This document shows, one piece after another, positions 26,409-38,401 of a DNA stretch of 64,000 nucleotides. The notes under the pieces were generated by a model. It was not told where the DNA came from, searched no databases, and saw only the letters and a list, made by a program, of their open reading frames with translations. The number at the start of each line of letters is the position of its first letter. Position 1 is the stretch's first letter. The stretch is from Bilabrum cf. latius (Eukaryota): positions 1,674,001 to 1,738,000 of the forward strand of contig OZ237735.1 of NCBI GenBank assembly GCA_965178125.1, read 5' to 3'. The position numbers and the translations under genes were made by a program.

Positions 26409-28370
26409 TCAGCTCATTCTTGCTGCCCCTGCTCCGGCACCGGCACCGCTTGCCTTGGCGCCGGCCGCGAGCAGCTGTCCGTCAGGCCGAGTCCTAACCT
26501 TGAGACTAGGGATGCCGCTCGAGTCGGCCATCCTGCCCTTGGCGCCCTTCTTGGGCGTGCCTGGGCCTACGGGAGCCGTGGCCTTGGTGAACAGCACGCT
26601 GTCGTCCTCTTCGATGTCCCACAGGGCCAGCTCGCCCTTGCTCCCGCCGCACGCGAGAATCATGGGCGCGTGTGGCAGGAAGGAGCAGGTGAACAGCTGG
26701 CCCGCCCCCATCTCCTTCTCTCCAATCTGCAGCGGCCGCCCCGGCGCACCGCTCGAGGCAGACCCCCCTGGTGCCTCTATCCTCGTCGTGTCCCAAACCT
26801 TGACCTTCTTGTCAGCGCCCGCAGTGGCGAGCACCCCGGGGAGCAGGGGAGCAAAGGACACGGCGTGGCAGGCGTCCTTGTGGGCAACCGCGGCCCATGC
26901 CGGGCGGTCGGGCTTGCGCATGTCGAAGCCGGCCACGGTGCCGCCCTCGGCGCACGCGACAAGGCTCCAGGTGTTGTGCGGGTCCCACTGCACGTCTTCG
27001 GCGTCGGCGGGCAGCCGGCTTCGCATGACCTTTGGCTTGGGCTTGCGCGCGTCAATCACACAAACGGTGCGATCGTACGATGCAGTTGCAACGATGGATG
27101 CAGCCGAGCCAGTGCCGGGGTGGAACCTGCATGCGACCACCTTGCCCGTGTGATGCCTCCACGTGTTGATGCAGGCCCCCCTTGTCACGTCCCACAGCTT
27201 GACTGTCTTGTCCGCCGAGGACGAGCAAAGCAGCCTCCTGTGTTCCCTGGACCACGACAGGCCCATCACGGCGTCCTGGTGTGACCCAGGAGCCAGCTTA
27301 CCGGCGGGACCGGGCACGGTGCCCGACGCGCACACCTGTCCCGCCAAGCCTCCCAGGATGGCGGAGGGCTCCAGCGGGTCCAGCACGTCCAAGTTCCAGA
27401 TCTCGATCCCGGGATGGAAGGTGCCAACAGCGACGTATGAGCCCACCAAGGAGGGCAGATCGTCGTCCTGCACCGCGGATGCGAGCTGCAGCGCTTTCCT
27501 AGCCAGCTCACCCTGCTCGCCCGACATGCCGTCCATGCCGCCGGCACCTGCACCGGCACCGCTGCCTGCCGCAGACGCGCGCCCGGAGGATCCGAAAGAC
27601 GAGGAAGAAGCCGCGCCGGAGCCAGGCGCCGAGGCGGTGCTCGGGCCAACGCCCGCACGTCGCATCATCGCGTCCGTGGCGGCGATGGCACCGGTTGCAA
27701 CCGCAGCAGCGGCGGCGCCCTTGCCGGGGGGCAGGTCCATCCACTCGACGGCCAGGGGAAAGGCGGGCAGGTTGAAGTCGTGGTGCACGTACAGGGAGCC
27801 CTCGGTCCGGTCGTACGTGTACACTTCCATGGCGCTCTGCTCATCTTCTGTTCTCGCCACGCACATGAACATGTCTCCTGCTTTGGCTTCGACGTCTCCA
27901 TCGTCATCGGCGGCATCGGCATCCTCGGGGTCCTCGCCATCCTCGATCACCTCCGCGATACCGGCATCCGACATCATGGCACTCCCATCTCCAGCTTCAT
28001 CGTCATCGTCGTCGTCATCAGCGGCGCTAGTGCCCTTTCCAGCGCGGCCTTTGCCCTCGGCTTTCTCCACATCCCTGGCCCGTTTCGCTGCAATCTCCAG
28101 CGGGCTCATTGCCTTCTCACCGGCCGCCCTACGGCGAAGCTGCTCTACTTCTTCAGAGCTAAGCTCATGGCTGACTGGAAACCGCTTCGGTGCACCCGGA
28201 GGAATCTGTAAGTGTGAAGATTTGGCAAATAAAGACGTATGCGCTGCTGAGGGCAAGCACCGCAGTTGCGGCAGGATCGGGTAGAAAATCGATTCATGTA
28301 ACTACGAAACAGTACAACTGCACAAACTTACCCAAGCCATTGCAGAAATCATGGCACCGTTGTCATCCAT
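26409..28370 (-). CDS. PWP1: Periodic tryptophan protein 1 (WD40) homolog; exons 28370-28332 and 28205-26409
   Basis: PWP1 motifs LYVHHDFNLPAFPLAVEW and VAVGTFHPGIEIWNLDVLD, plus WD40 repeats. Splicing a GTAAGT..TACAG intron restores the family-type N-terminus MISAMAWIPPG. Ends in TGA; no TAG. Confidence 0.9.
28206..28331 (-). other. GT-AG intron (126 nt) in PWP1
   Basis: TGG|GTAAGT donor and TTACAG|ATT acceptor, phase 0; restores the conserved N-terminus. Confidence 0.85.
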
Positions 28371-28508
28371 GGTAGCAAACTCGTGCAAATGTATGGAGAC
28401 CAAGTGCAACTTCCCTGGGCTGTTTCACGAAGCTCAACGAACGTTCGAATAGGCATGAGGCACGCAGCATGACTCTTGCTGCTAAAGTACATCACACGAT
28501 TACTAAAA

Positions 28509-31148
28509 TTACTTTGCAGCAACCTCACCGCTGGACGTGGCCATCGCGCTTCGAAGGACCTCGTCCAGCTTGCCTCTCTGCTTCAGATACTCGAAGACAG
28601 CTGCCTTGGCCTTGGCGTCTGCCTGCTCCTCCGCAGCCGCACGAGTCCTGGCTGCCTCCACCTCGGCCTGGCTGGCCGCAGTGGCCTGCGCATCCCTCGC
28701 GGCGGCGGAGCGCCGCGCGAGCACCTGCGCGCGGAGGAGCAGCTTCCGTTCCTCCTCGGCCTCCTGGCACAAGCACTTGCTCAGGGCAGGCGCCCCCTCC
28801 TGGCTCTGCACGGCGGGCCCACGCAGAGCGGCGCACACCTGAAGCATGCGCCTCAGGCGCGGCCCAGCCACTGCCGAGTCCAGCACCGCAGCACCAACAC
28901 CCTGCTCCGCCCCATCCTCGGCTGTTCCCTCGTCCACGGGCTCTTGCTCCAGCGACTTCGCGACCACCGCCGAGACCGGGAGCTCCCTGCGCTCCCAGAG
29001 GCACCGCAGCGCCTCCCGCTCGGCCCACTCCTCCCTCCACGACCTCGCGGCTGACATCCATGCTGTCAAACGGCCGAGCCGCATGGACAGGGCCGCGCGC
29101 TGCTCGGGCCCGCACCTCTGCTGTTCCCTGGAAGCTGGAGGACCCCCGCCCGCGCCCTGCTGCGCCTTCTTCGTCTGCTGCTCGCCGCTGGGCAGGCCCC
29201 CCGCACGGCGATCGCACTCGTCACGCGCCTCCCGCACCTCTCTGGCCACCTGCGCCGCAGCCGCCGCCTGCCCCGCCACGGCCGCCCTCCGCCTCGCCGC
29301 CTCGTCCTTGAGCCTGTCTGCTTCCCACTGCATGCGGCCGGCGCAGCCCTCCCTGTAGTCCCTCGGTTTCGCCAGGCACCGCTTGCGCTCCTCCAGGACC
29401 CTCCTCGACTCTTCGGAAAGGGACTCGGCCTCCCGCCACAGCTGGTCCGGCCTGTGGGCCACGAGGGCAGCGGCGGCGGGGACGCCAATGGCCTGCGAGG
29501 AGCGGGCCAGCGCGGTGCCCTCCAGCTGGCCGGCCACCTCGCGGGCCGCGCGCGCCGCCGCAGAGTCGCCGTCCACGGCCAGCGTGCCGCCGCCCGGGGT
29601 GGAGCTGGATCGCGCGGGGCCGGTTCCGCTGCGCAGAGGCGTCGTCGCCGCGACCACCTCGCTGATGGGGTCGGCGGAGGAGGCCGCCGAGGACCCCGAC
29701 CCGCCCCTCCCGCTGTTCCCCGGGACCAACAGCCCCAGGCCGGTGTGCCACCGCTCCTTGCGAAGCGCCAGCTCGCGCTCTAGCACCTCCCGGGCAGCCC
29801 GCAGCCTGGCCGCCTGCGCATCCACGGCCTCCGCCTCCGCCTCGAGGGCGTCGGCTGGCCGGTGCATGGCTGCGTCCAGGCCAAGGCCGTTGCCCGCACG
29901 AGTGGCCAGGGCGCCCCTCATGGCTCGCAGGATCGAATCCAGGGCGGCCTGCGCCGCGTCCTAGCCGTTGAGTCCGTCCGCGGGCTCGGTCCCGTTGTTC
30001 CCCGCCGCGGTGTTTTGCCACCTGGAGGCGGCCCCAGCCTACGCGCTCAGCGCGGCGGCGGCAGCTGCTCGAGCCTCGGCCTCTGCCGTGGAAGCCGCCT
30101 CTGCCGACTCCGTGAGCGTGCGCATGGCAGTAGCGAGATCGGGATAGTCGTCACGCAGGCGCTCCCAGTCTTCCTGGCAGAGCCGCACCGCGCGCTCCCG
30201 GAGGCGTTCGAGCGCGAGTCGGCCTGGCAGAGTGTGCTGGGGCCACTGGCCAGCCGCGGACTTCGCGGCCTGGGCCTCCTCCTCCTGATCCTCTAATTCC
30301 TGATCCGCGGGCACAATCTCGCATTGCTGCAGCGCGCCGAGCATGCCCAGCGGCAAAGAGATGCCCTTGGAGCGAGCAGATGCCTGGGCGTGCTCGATCC
30401 GTTCTAGCAGACGAGCAGCGGCTCCTGCCATCTGATAGGTGGCTTGCACGTCCGATCGCGTGGAGTTCACCTTGCCTAAGGCGGAAACCAGCCGGGAACG
30501 CTCCCCCTCCGCGGCTTCGCCCGCTTGCTCCTCCATGCGGCGCCTCCAAGCGAGCGCGGCGCGCTGCAAGGGCGCCAGCTCTGACAGCAGCGCGCTCACA
30601 GCCCCCTCTGCTTGCTGCGATGCTGCCACATTTCGCATAAGATACGCTACGGCCGCGCTCTCAGCAGCCCGTGCTAGCGTCCTCCTGGTAGCTTCGACCG
30701 ATGCTTGCCCAGAGGCCGTTTGCACAGCCTTGCTCCGCAGACTCTACGCGCGGTCCCACCGCGATTCTAAGAAATCAATTGTACGCTGCACTTGGCCCAA
30801 ACCGTCTCGATCCCTCGGAAGCTGCTCTACTAGCAGAGAGGCAACCGTCTCCGATGCTCCCGATGGAACGTCGGTCTTGGCGCGATGCTGCTGCTGCCAA
30901 TCAGACACGTCCCTGGTGATCGACGCAACGGATACCTAAATTGCATCTACAGTTGATTGGGATGCATCCAAAGCAGACCTTGCCCTGTCCCGAGGCGACG
31001 GTGGCTGCACAGGCTCGTACGTCGCAGCTGCCGGCTCTATGCGCACGGCCGGCTGGAGCGACCCTGCTCTGCCTCCCCTCATGCCAACAGCAGCAGCTAT
31101 CGGAACAAGAAGTATGCTTATACACGCGAGACCACACACTTGCCGCAT
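28509..31148 (-). CDS. Hypothetical secreted Ala/Glu/Arg-rich coiled-coil protein, ~879 aa (4 in-frame TAG)
   Basis: Track ORFs 30936-31178, 30039-30725 and 28509-29921 are in one frame and separated only by TAG. Signal-peptide-like start MRQVCGLACISILLVPIAAAVG. Ends in TAA at 28509-28511. Confidence 0.7.
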
Positions 31149-31306
31149 GGCCGCCGGACCTAGCGGCGTATAGCACAAAGTTTGCTTGCGAGTTCGTGCG
31201 GCCCTCTCGTGTAGGTTCCGTTACTTCACGGCGCCGCGCATTGCTTTGTACGGTGTGACGAGCGAAGAGCACGAAATCTTTTTTTGAGTATTTGTAGGGC
31301 GATTGT
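31149..31306. promoter_or_regulatory. Probable bidirectional promoter region (158 bp)
   Basis: Short spacer between divergent predicted start codons; positional inference only. Confidence 0.4.
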
Positions 31307-34120
31307 ATGAGCGAAAACAATAGTTCCTCGAGGAGATCGTAGTATTTGTAGCCTGCAACAGCTAGTATCGCCTAGAGTGCTCCAGAACCCGAAGTTAGTG
31401 ATGAAAATGGCCTGGACTTTGTTGCGGAGAGAGGGTAGCGCATGGAATTGGCTAGAAGAAGGCTGGATGAGCTGCGGGAGCGAAAGCGATAGACAAGGGC
31501 TGGCGAAAATACTGACGATATTGACGCCCTGATGAAGGAGTTCGGAGAAATGGGCCAAAAAGGGGCACAAGGTGACCAGCCGAAGGGCTCAGAGGAGCTG
31601 CAGCGAGAGGTTCAAGATTTTGTGGAAGCGTCTGTCATGAGTGACCCTCATACTGCAGATCTGGTGAAGCGAGGCTTGTCCTCCAAGGATGCAGAGCAGC
31701 AGCTGGTGCCTTTCTGGCGGCAGGGTAGCAGGTCCTCGCAGCCGCTACTCGGAGACGATGGTGTGGACAAGCTGCCGACTGTTGGGCAACGCATCAGCGA
31801 AGCCATTGGAACTGCACCATCCCCTGCTTCTGTAGCCGAGCGATAGCACCCTACCCCTCGGTCTTCGTCCGATTCGCACGCCGGCCTTCCGACTCCAGCA
31901 CCTGCAGCCGACGACGAGACGGCAGATCTTGCCGGGGACGGAATCTTGAGAACGACCGAGGATGCGGCGGGTGCATGCTCCAGTGCCCTAGGATCGAGCT
32001 TCGGGCGGCGGCTGCTGGTGCGCTCAGCCGTTCGCTCTATGCAGCACGCTGCACCCACCTCGCGCAAGGTGGCTCCGGGTATGGCACAGTTCCCGTACCG
32101 CTCCAGCTCGCGTGCATCCAAGCCGTGGGGTGTGACAAGTGAAGGGATGCCGGTGCACGTGCCCATGGCCGCGCTGCTCGCTCACGAGCGGGAGGGAACC
32201 CTGGCTGTCGCCGCGGCTGGTTCACACGCAGCCGGGGGGTCGCAGCCGAGTGCTGCCCAGCGTCTCGAGCAGCAGTCAGAGTGCCTCGCGCTGGCAGAAT
32301 CCTGGGAGGCGCACGCCTCCGCCGCAGATCGGATCACGGGCAGGCTGCGGCGGGTCACCATGGGCCTGACTGGGGGCCAGCGTGAGGGCGTTCTCACACC
32401 CTGGGACTCCATGCTGCGGCTGCAGCAGAAAGCAGGTAGTCAGGACCGTGCGACTTCTTAGCAGCGGCTTCCATTGTCTTCCCTTCAAAAAGGACTGCTG
32501 GACCGATTGGGCGGCCTGGATACTCTGCAAGGTGCGGCCGCTGGGCAGGCATCCTTGGGGTTGCCCCCTTCTGTGCGGAGAGAGGTGGATGCGATGCGGC
32601 GCGAGAGTGAAGCCGCTCTCGTTGGTGTGCTGGGCCCGCCCTGCATCTTTCACAAGAATGCAGCAGAAGATGAAAGGAAGGGGGCTGCGAGCAGCCCAAG
32701 CCGAAGCAGTGAAGGTGCGACCGACGGCAGTCGCATAGCACAAGAACGGGAGCTGCGCCGGGCTGTTCAAGGCGTGACGAGTGCGCCCGGCTGGGCTTTG
32801 TAGCGCGCGCGCCGCTTCGGAGTGCCGCTGTCGATCGACGGCCCGGGCACCGCCGCCCTCGGCCTGTCGGGGACTGACCTCGGGCTGCTGTCGGATCGCT
32901 CTGACGTTCGGGCCATGGGCTCCTCCCTGCTGGCGAGGTTCGCGGCAGGGATGGTGTTGGCGGCCCCTTTCGGACCCATGGCCATGCTGGCTGGGGCGAC
33001 CGACGTGGCGATGCAGAATGCGGCAGCCTCTGCCGCGGCAGCCTCCGGCACGGCGGGAGGGGGCGCAGTGGTTGCCAGCAGCAGCGGTGGCAGTGCCGCT
33101 GCCGCCGCCGCTGCGAGTGCGGGCGGCTTGACCATGCGGGCTGCCATGGTGGGCAGCATGGCGGCAGTGGTCCCAGCAGCCATGCTCTTCTTTGGGAGCT
33201 ACTGGACGTTCGAGTACGCCGCGCGGTGGGCCCTCGGCACTGCGAGGAGGCTCGTGGACGGGGAGGCGTTCGAGGGAACAGAGCGAGCGCGGGCAGCGGC
33301 CCGCGCCCTTGTTCTCGCGAACCTAGGCATGCTTGGTGCAGCGAATGATGACTCTGGGGGCTCCTCGTACAGGCTTAGGGGCTTCTTGCCGGGAGCAGGG
33401 GACGAGCGCAGGCTGCCGCCGTCGCGGCCTCTGGCCGGCGGTGCCCTGCCACAGTCGGTGGAGGGCGTGCTGGAAGAGCCTCTCTGGGACTCGGAATCGT
33501 ATGCAAGTGCCGTGACGAGTGCTGGGCTGGGTCGCGTGCTCGCCCTGCGGAGCTTTGCGGGCATGGACGGCGTGGAGCTGGCACCGGAACAGGTGAGGGG
33601 CGAGACCAGGGGCGAGACCGGGTCTCGATCGGGGGAGCAGACGGTGGGCAGGGGGCAGCACCCCGAGGAAGATTCTCCCGACTGGCTGCTTGGGAAGCAG
33701 CGACCTGGGGAGTCGGAGGGTTACTACGCTGCGAGGGTGCTGGAGGGGGCGGCCAGGGCGCGGGCGGTGCTGGCCGCACCCCAGCACCTGCACCTGCAGC
33801 AGCTCGAGTCGGAGCGGCTGACGGCTGACTGGCTGCGGCTGAGCAGCGCCAGCGGCGTGCCGCCCTCGTGCGAGAACTCGAGGCAGATCGCCGCGTGGAT
33901 GAGCGCCGGGCTCGCCGCCGGCTTCGTGCTGAGGCAGCACAGGGGTGCCATCTTGGGAGGCGCGCCGGGGGTCGCGCCTAAGGTGGCCTTCGCAGCTGCC
34001 ATGGTCTTGGGCCCTGCGCTCGCCCCTTCGGTTCTGGGCGACTTCGAGAGCAGGGTGCTAGTGGTCGCCAGGCGAACGCTCGCGGCTCCACGCTGGGCTG
34101 CCATGGAAGATGCCAGTTGA
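31307..34120 (+). CDS. Hypothetical protein with hydrophobic C-terminal segments, ~937 aa (8 in-frame TAG)
   Basis: ATG 31307 is in frame with ORFs 31532, 31946, 32474 and 32822, with only TAG interruptions and TGA at 34118-34120. Gly/Ala-rich hydrophobic helices weakly resemble Tim17-like membrane proteins (unverified). Confidence 0.65.
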
Positions 34121-34275
34121 TGAGCCGGCGTTGTTCCGGTTCCGGCCGAAGAGACAGGCTCGGTTCATTTTGCCGTGTGGAGGACCACAAACACAGTAAT
34201 CTTCGCGCCATACTGCGACAGTCAAAGCGACTCATCATCCCGTTGCTGCTAGGTAGACTTCAGAGGGTCTCTACG

Positions 34276-36885
34276 ATGTCAAGCAGCCCGATCGATCTTA
34301 CAAAGGTTGCAGGTGATGCGGTGCAGTTTAGGGTTGTGCCCGAAGCTTTCTCATCCAAGCTGGTCGCACACGGACTAGTTTGCTTCGGAAAAGATGTCAG
34401 CAAGGTCAAAGGGGCAGCGGGAAAATGCATTTTGCGTCCTCGCGAGGTAGAAGGCTTCCGCTCGATGAGAAATGTTGTGTCTTGGGGTATCGTCAGCAAT
34501 CTGCCTACAGATACTGTATCGCATGAGGTTTCAAGCATCGGGACAGCACCAAGTGAACATGGGTAGAGGGTTGTAGTAATCCTTCATCCACCGGAAGCTT
34601 TGCCGTCTGGGTAGGCCATCGAGAGCGATTTTTTGTGTGCTCCGCGGCTTGCTCAAAGCCCGCTCCTGGAAGGCCTAAAAGCCGGGAGCGAGGCAGGATC
34701 TGGGGAAGAGTATGTGCTATTGGAGCCTCGCGCAGTAGAGAGGGAGTCGGCAAAACCGCGGCCGAAGGGTTGGGCAACCGAAGTAATTCGCAAGGTGTCG
34801 GGGCCTCTGGACGTTGCTGCCCTGGAAGCCCTCGGGTACAGCAGCAAAGCCACCGATCTGTGCAAACAAGATAAAGCAAGCTCCCTCGGTCTGCTGGCGC
34901 CCGCCATCCCCATCCGTCTGGAGCTGCAGGGCTCCTACTTAGGTATGAGCGCCCAGGCGGCCATTGCAGCGTTCCTGCCAGTGGCAGATCCCCAAGAGGG
35001 ACTCACGAAGGAAGGGGGAGCAGAACCTAATAGCGAGGATAGTACCGAAAAGTTAGAAGGAACAGCAGCAGGCACGGCGAAAGCATCGTTGTACGCCCGC
35101 TCTGGGGCAGCGAAGGAGAACAAGGGGGCGGCCGCTGGCGGTGCAGGCAAGCAGGCTCTCGAGGCAGAGATGCACCGGCTCCCGCCCAGCACAGCGAGCG
35201 GGCCCGCGCTATCTTCTGCTTCTTCTTCGCCGGCTTCGGCTGCAGCTACCGCCGTTGCGACGGGTGCAGCTGCACCCGGTGGTGTGGGACAGGCACCAAG
35301 CAACAGTGAAGGGGGCGGTGCCATAAGCAGCTTCGAGCAAGCCGGCGACGTGGCACACGTAAACTTGGTGCAAACTCATTTTCCTTGGCGGTTTGCTATC
35401 GGTAGGGTGCTCCTTGATCTGCAGCCGACCCTCCGCACGGTCCTGGTCAAGTGCGGGACCATTGAGTCTGTGTACCGCACCTTCCCCATGCAGGTTGTGG
35501 CTGGCAATGGGGCGAGAGAAGAGGCCGTCGCACGCACTGCTGGTGCGCCCCTTCCGCCCATCCCAGTGACCCTCCGTGAGACGGAATGCAGCCTGAGTTT
35601 CGACTTTCGCAGGGTGTACTGGAACAGCAGGCTGCAGCACGAGCACAGGCACATGGTCGAGGCAATTGTGGATGCAGGCGTGCCAGGCGCGAGCTTGCCT
35701 GCCGGGCAAGCTGATTCGAGCTCGGGTGCAGCAGGCTCTGGGGAGGCCAAGGACGCCCCTCCGACCGCTGGGAAGAAGAGGAAGAGGGACAAGTAGGAGC
35801 GAGCCGTAGCCGGTCGGGGCATCATCATCGCAGATGCATGCGCGGGTGTGGGCCCTTTTGCCGTCCCATTGGCGAAGCGAGGCGCCACGGTGCTAGCAAA
35901 CGACCTGAATCCAGAGTCGCACAAGTGGCTTGTCCGCAACGCCAAGAGCAACAAGTGCGGCGCGACGCTGGTGCCGTCCAGGGATGACGGTGCAAATTTC
36001 TTGCTGAGGCACGTCGCTGCAGCTCAGGGCGAAGCGGTGCCACCGCTGAAGCTGCCGGAGGGCTAGAGTGAAGGCAGTGGCAGCGATGTCGCCGGTTCTG
36101 GTTCGTCCGGGTCAAGCATTGCGAGAGATCGCATCCCGAGCTCGGGCTTTGACCATATTCTCGTGAACCTGCCGGCCTCCTCAGTTTCCTTTGTGCCAGC
36201 GCTGTAGGGCGCCTTTGATCGCGCCGTGTGGCCCCGCGCAGCCCTGCCTGTTCTTCACTGCTACACATTTGCCGCGGCTCCCTACTCGCGAGACGGAACG
36301 CTGCAGCAGCTGGCGCTGCTCGAGGGTGGCGCTGCAGACACGCAGGCGCCAGACAGGGAAGCTGATGGTGTCCTGGCGTCGAATCGGGGTGGAGGTGGGA
36401 GCGATGGGGCCGTCGCTTCTGGTGTGGCACCGAGCAGCGCTGCAAGCTCTGCAACAGGTGGGGCCTCGTCCTCGTCCTCGTCGTCGCAGCTGGCAGGCAA
36501 AGAGACCCGAGGTCCTCACCATACCGTCGCAGAGAGGAGGAGAATGGCTTTGGAAGACGCGACGCAGCGGATCTTGCATGCACTGGGATTGCGCCGGCTA
36601 CACGAGCAGCGCGGCCGGGTGAGATGGTTGGATAGCATCCGTCAGGTCGTGCAGGCTGAGCAGAGTCCCGCGGATGAAGGCGGGCCCATCCCCGTATGTG
36701 GGAGGGTGATCCGGGACGTCTCGCCCAACAAGTACATGGTCTGTATTTCGGTGCGGGTTCCATGGGACTGCGGGAGCAATGGGAAGCCGGCGGCTGCGGC
36801 GCCGGGTGAGGAGGCTAGTGCCGGTGGTGTGGCGGCAGGTGGCACTGGCACCGAGAGTGCTTCCAAGCGTGCAAGGGTGGAATGA
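34276..36885 (+). CDS. TRM5: tRNA (guanine-37-N1)-methyltransferase Trm5, ~869 aa with low-complexity insertions (5 in-frame TAG)
   Basis: Met-10+/Trm5 motifs occur in order in one frame across TAGs: SSFEQAGDVAHVNL, FDFRRVYWNSRLQHEH, ADACAGVGPFAVPLAK, VLANDLNPES, HILVNLPAS, LHCYTF, IRDVSPNKYMVCIS. Ends in TGA. Confidence 0.9.
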
Positions 36886-37043
36886 TGACACCAGCATTGA
36901 GACGATAATACCAATTTGCAGCCGTAGATTTCAAGCCGTTTACAGACACTCCATCAGTACCTGTACTACAACTCATGCATTGTGAACAGCTTGCCCCTCT
37001 TTGCCTCGGAAGAGCCGTAGCCACGAGCAGCAACAGGACCCAC

Positions 37044-38297
37044 TCAATCATCCTTTTTGCTTTCTCCCTCGTGGGCATTGCCAGTTACCATGGGAATGGC
37101 TCGTTCCTTCCCGCCCTTGCCTTGCCATTTGTTGCCCTTGACGCTGCACGGTTCTTGCACGGTGCTGCTCTCATGCCCCAGCGAAGTTGTAGCACCGATG
37201 GCCTCGCCTCCTCTGGGCTCGTTGTTGTCCTCATCCTCGTACCCGCCTTCAAAGGTCGTGCCCATGAAAGCGTCCATGATTCCGAAGAACGGGCTGTAGT
37301 TCATGGTGTGCATCAGGTGGTGAGCCACGTGCCGCCTCTGGTTGCTCGGCAGGCCCAGCACCTCATTGGGCCACACAGGGGGCTGGTACGGGAAGTGGGA
37401 TTCGGTGAGGAGCCACAGATAGATGGGCACGTACGCATTGCGCGTGAGGGGGTGCGCATGGATGGCTTTAAGGATCCCGTTTGCCACGAGGATGGAGCCG
37501 ATTCGCTCCGCGAGGGTCAGCTCGTTGGTCGTGCCCTAGTGCACCCTGCCCCCCTGGGGGTGGCTGTGGTGCTGGAAATGCAGGGCCTTGTAGCCCCAGC
37601 CCTAGTGGTGAAGCACAAACCTATGCACGAAATAGAACAGAACGTCGTACAGCACCACTGCGAGGACAGCCATCACGACCGGCTCCCACCACTGCGGCGC
37701 TGCTTCCGGCAGCACCCGCTCGCTTTGCAGCGAAAAGTATGGTTCTTCTGACCATTTCTCGTACGATACCCCTGCATAATGCTTTCTTGTAAACGTGTCC
37801 AGAAACGCAAGCGGTCCGACGTACGTAATAAACTGATAGAAGAGGCCATACATGCTGCCACCTCGCCAGGAGGGCCCGGACGGCTGCGACACCTCTGACG
37901 GAATCCGGTACTGCTGTATCCACTCCGTTCTGTCAAGTGCAATGAATAACCAATATATTGGTGGGTAGAACACGCCTGCCTCCGCAGTCTCAAGGTACAC
38001 GGATCTGCGATGCAGCTGGTTTCGAAACGAATCCATTGTGGAGCATGCTAGCGCATACAGATGTTAAGTAAGCACGTCCAGATTCAAGGAGACTTACTTG
38101 TACCACCACTGAATACGCAACCAGCTCCAGAAGCTTGCCATCCCGGCGTTCAACTCCGTTCCGTACAAGAAGCCAATGACAACGCCAGCAGCAAGTATTG
38201 CTCGAAGGAGCCAAATTACGTGTCGATGGGACTGTTCTTGCCGAACCGGGCGACGAAACCAGCCTTCAACTCCCAAAGAGCGCGATTTAAGCGTCAT
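37044..38297 (-). CDS. Fatty acid hydroxylase / sterol desaturase superfamily protein; exons 38297-38098 and 38004-37044 (2 in-frame TAG)
   Basis: His boxes HRFVLHH, HFQHH and HVAHH, plus NYSPFFGIMDAFMGT, lie in one frame separated by two TAGs. A GTAAGT..CGCAG intron gives WWYKSVYLET. Ends in TGA. The start codon is the best guess. Confidence 0.85.
38005..38097 (-). other. GT-AG intron (93 nt)
   Basis: AA|GTAAGT donor and CGCAG|A acceptor; phase-compatible. Confidence 0.7.
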
Positions 38298-38401
38298 TAC
38301 ACCGAATAGTACGCTATGCAGATGGGACAGTTGCACTTCATATCGAGCCCGTCATCATTTGACCCAACTTTTCAATTCCGGACTCAAGTCGGCAGCACGC
38401 G

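Noticed and set aside
26337-30296. Long overlapping antisense or alternative-frame ORFs (e.g. 27163-28284 +, 26337-27284 +; likewise 44388-45524 + and 54386-55399 +)
   Set aside because: These are shadow ORFs expected in high-GC coding DNA opposite recognisable genes, and they contain no motifs.
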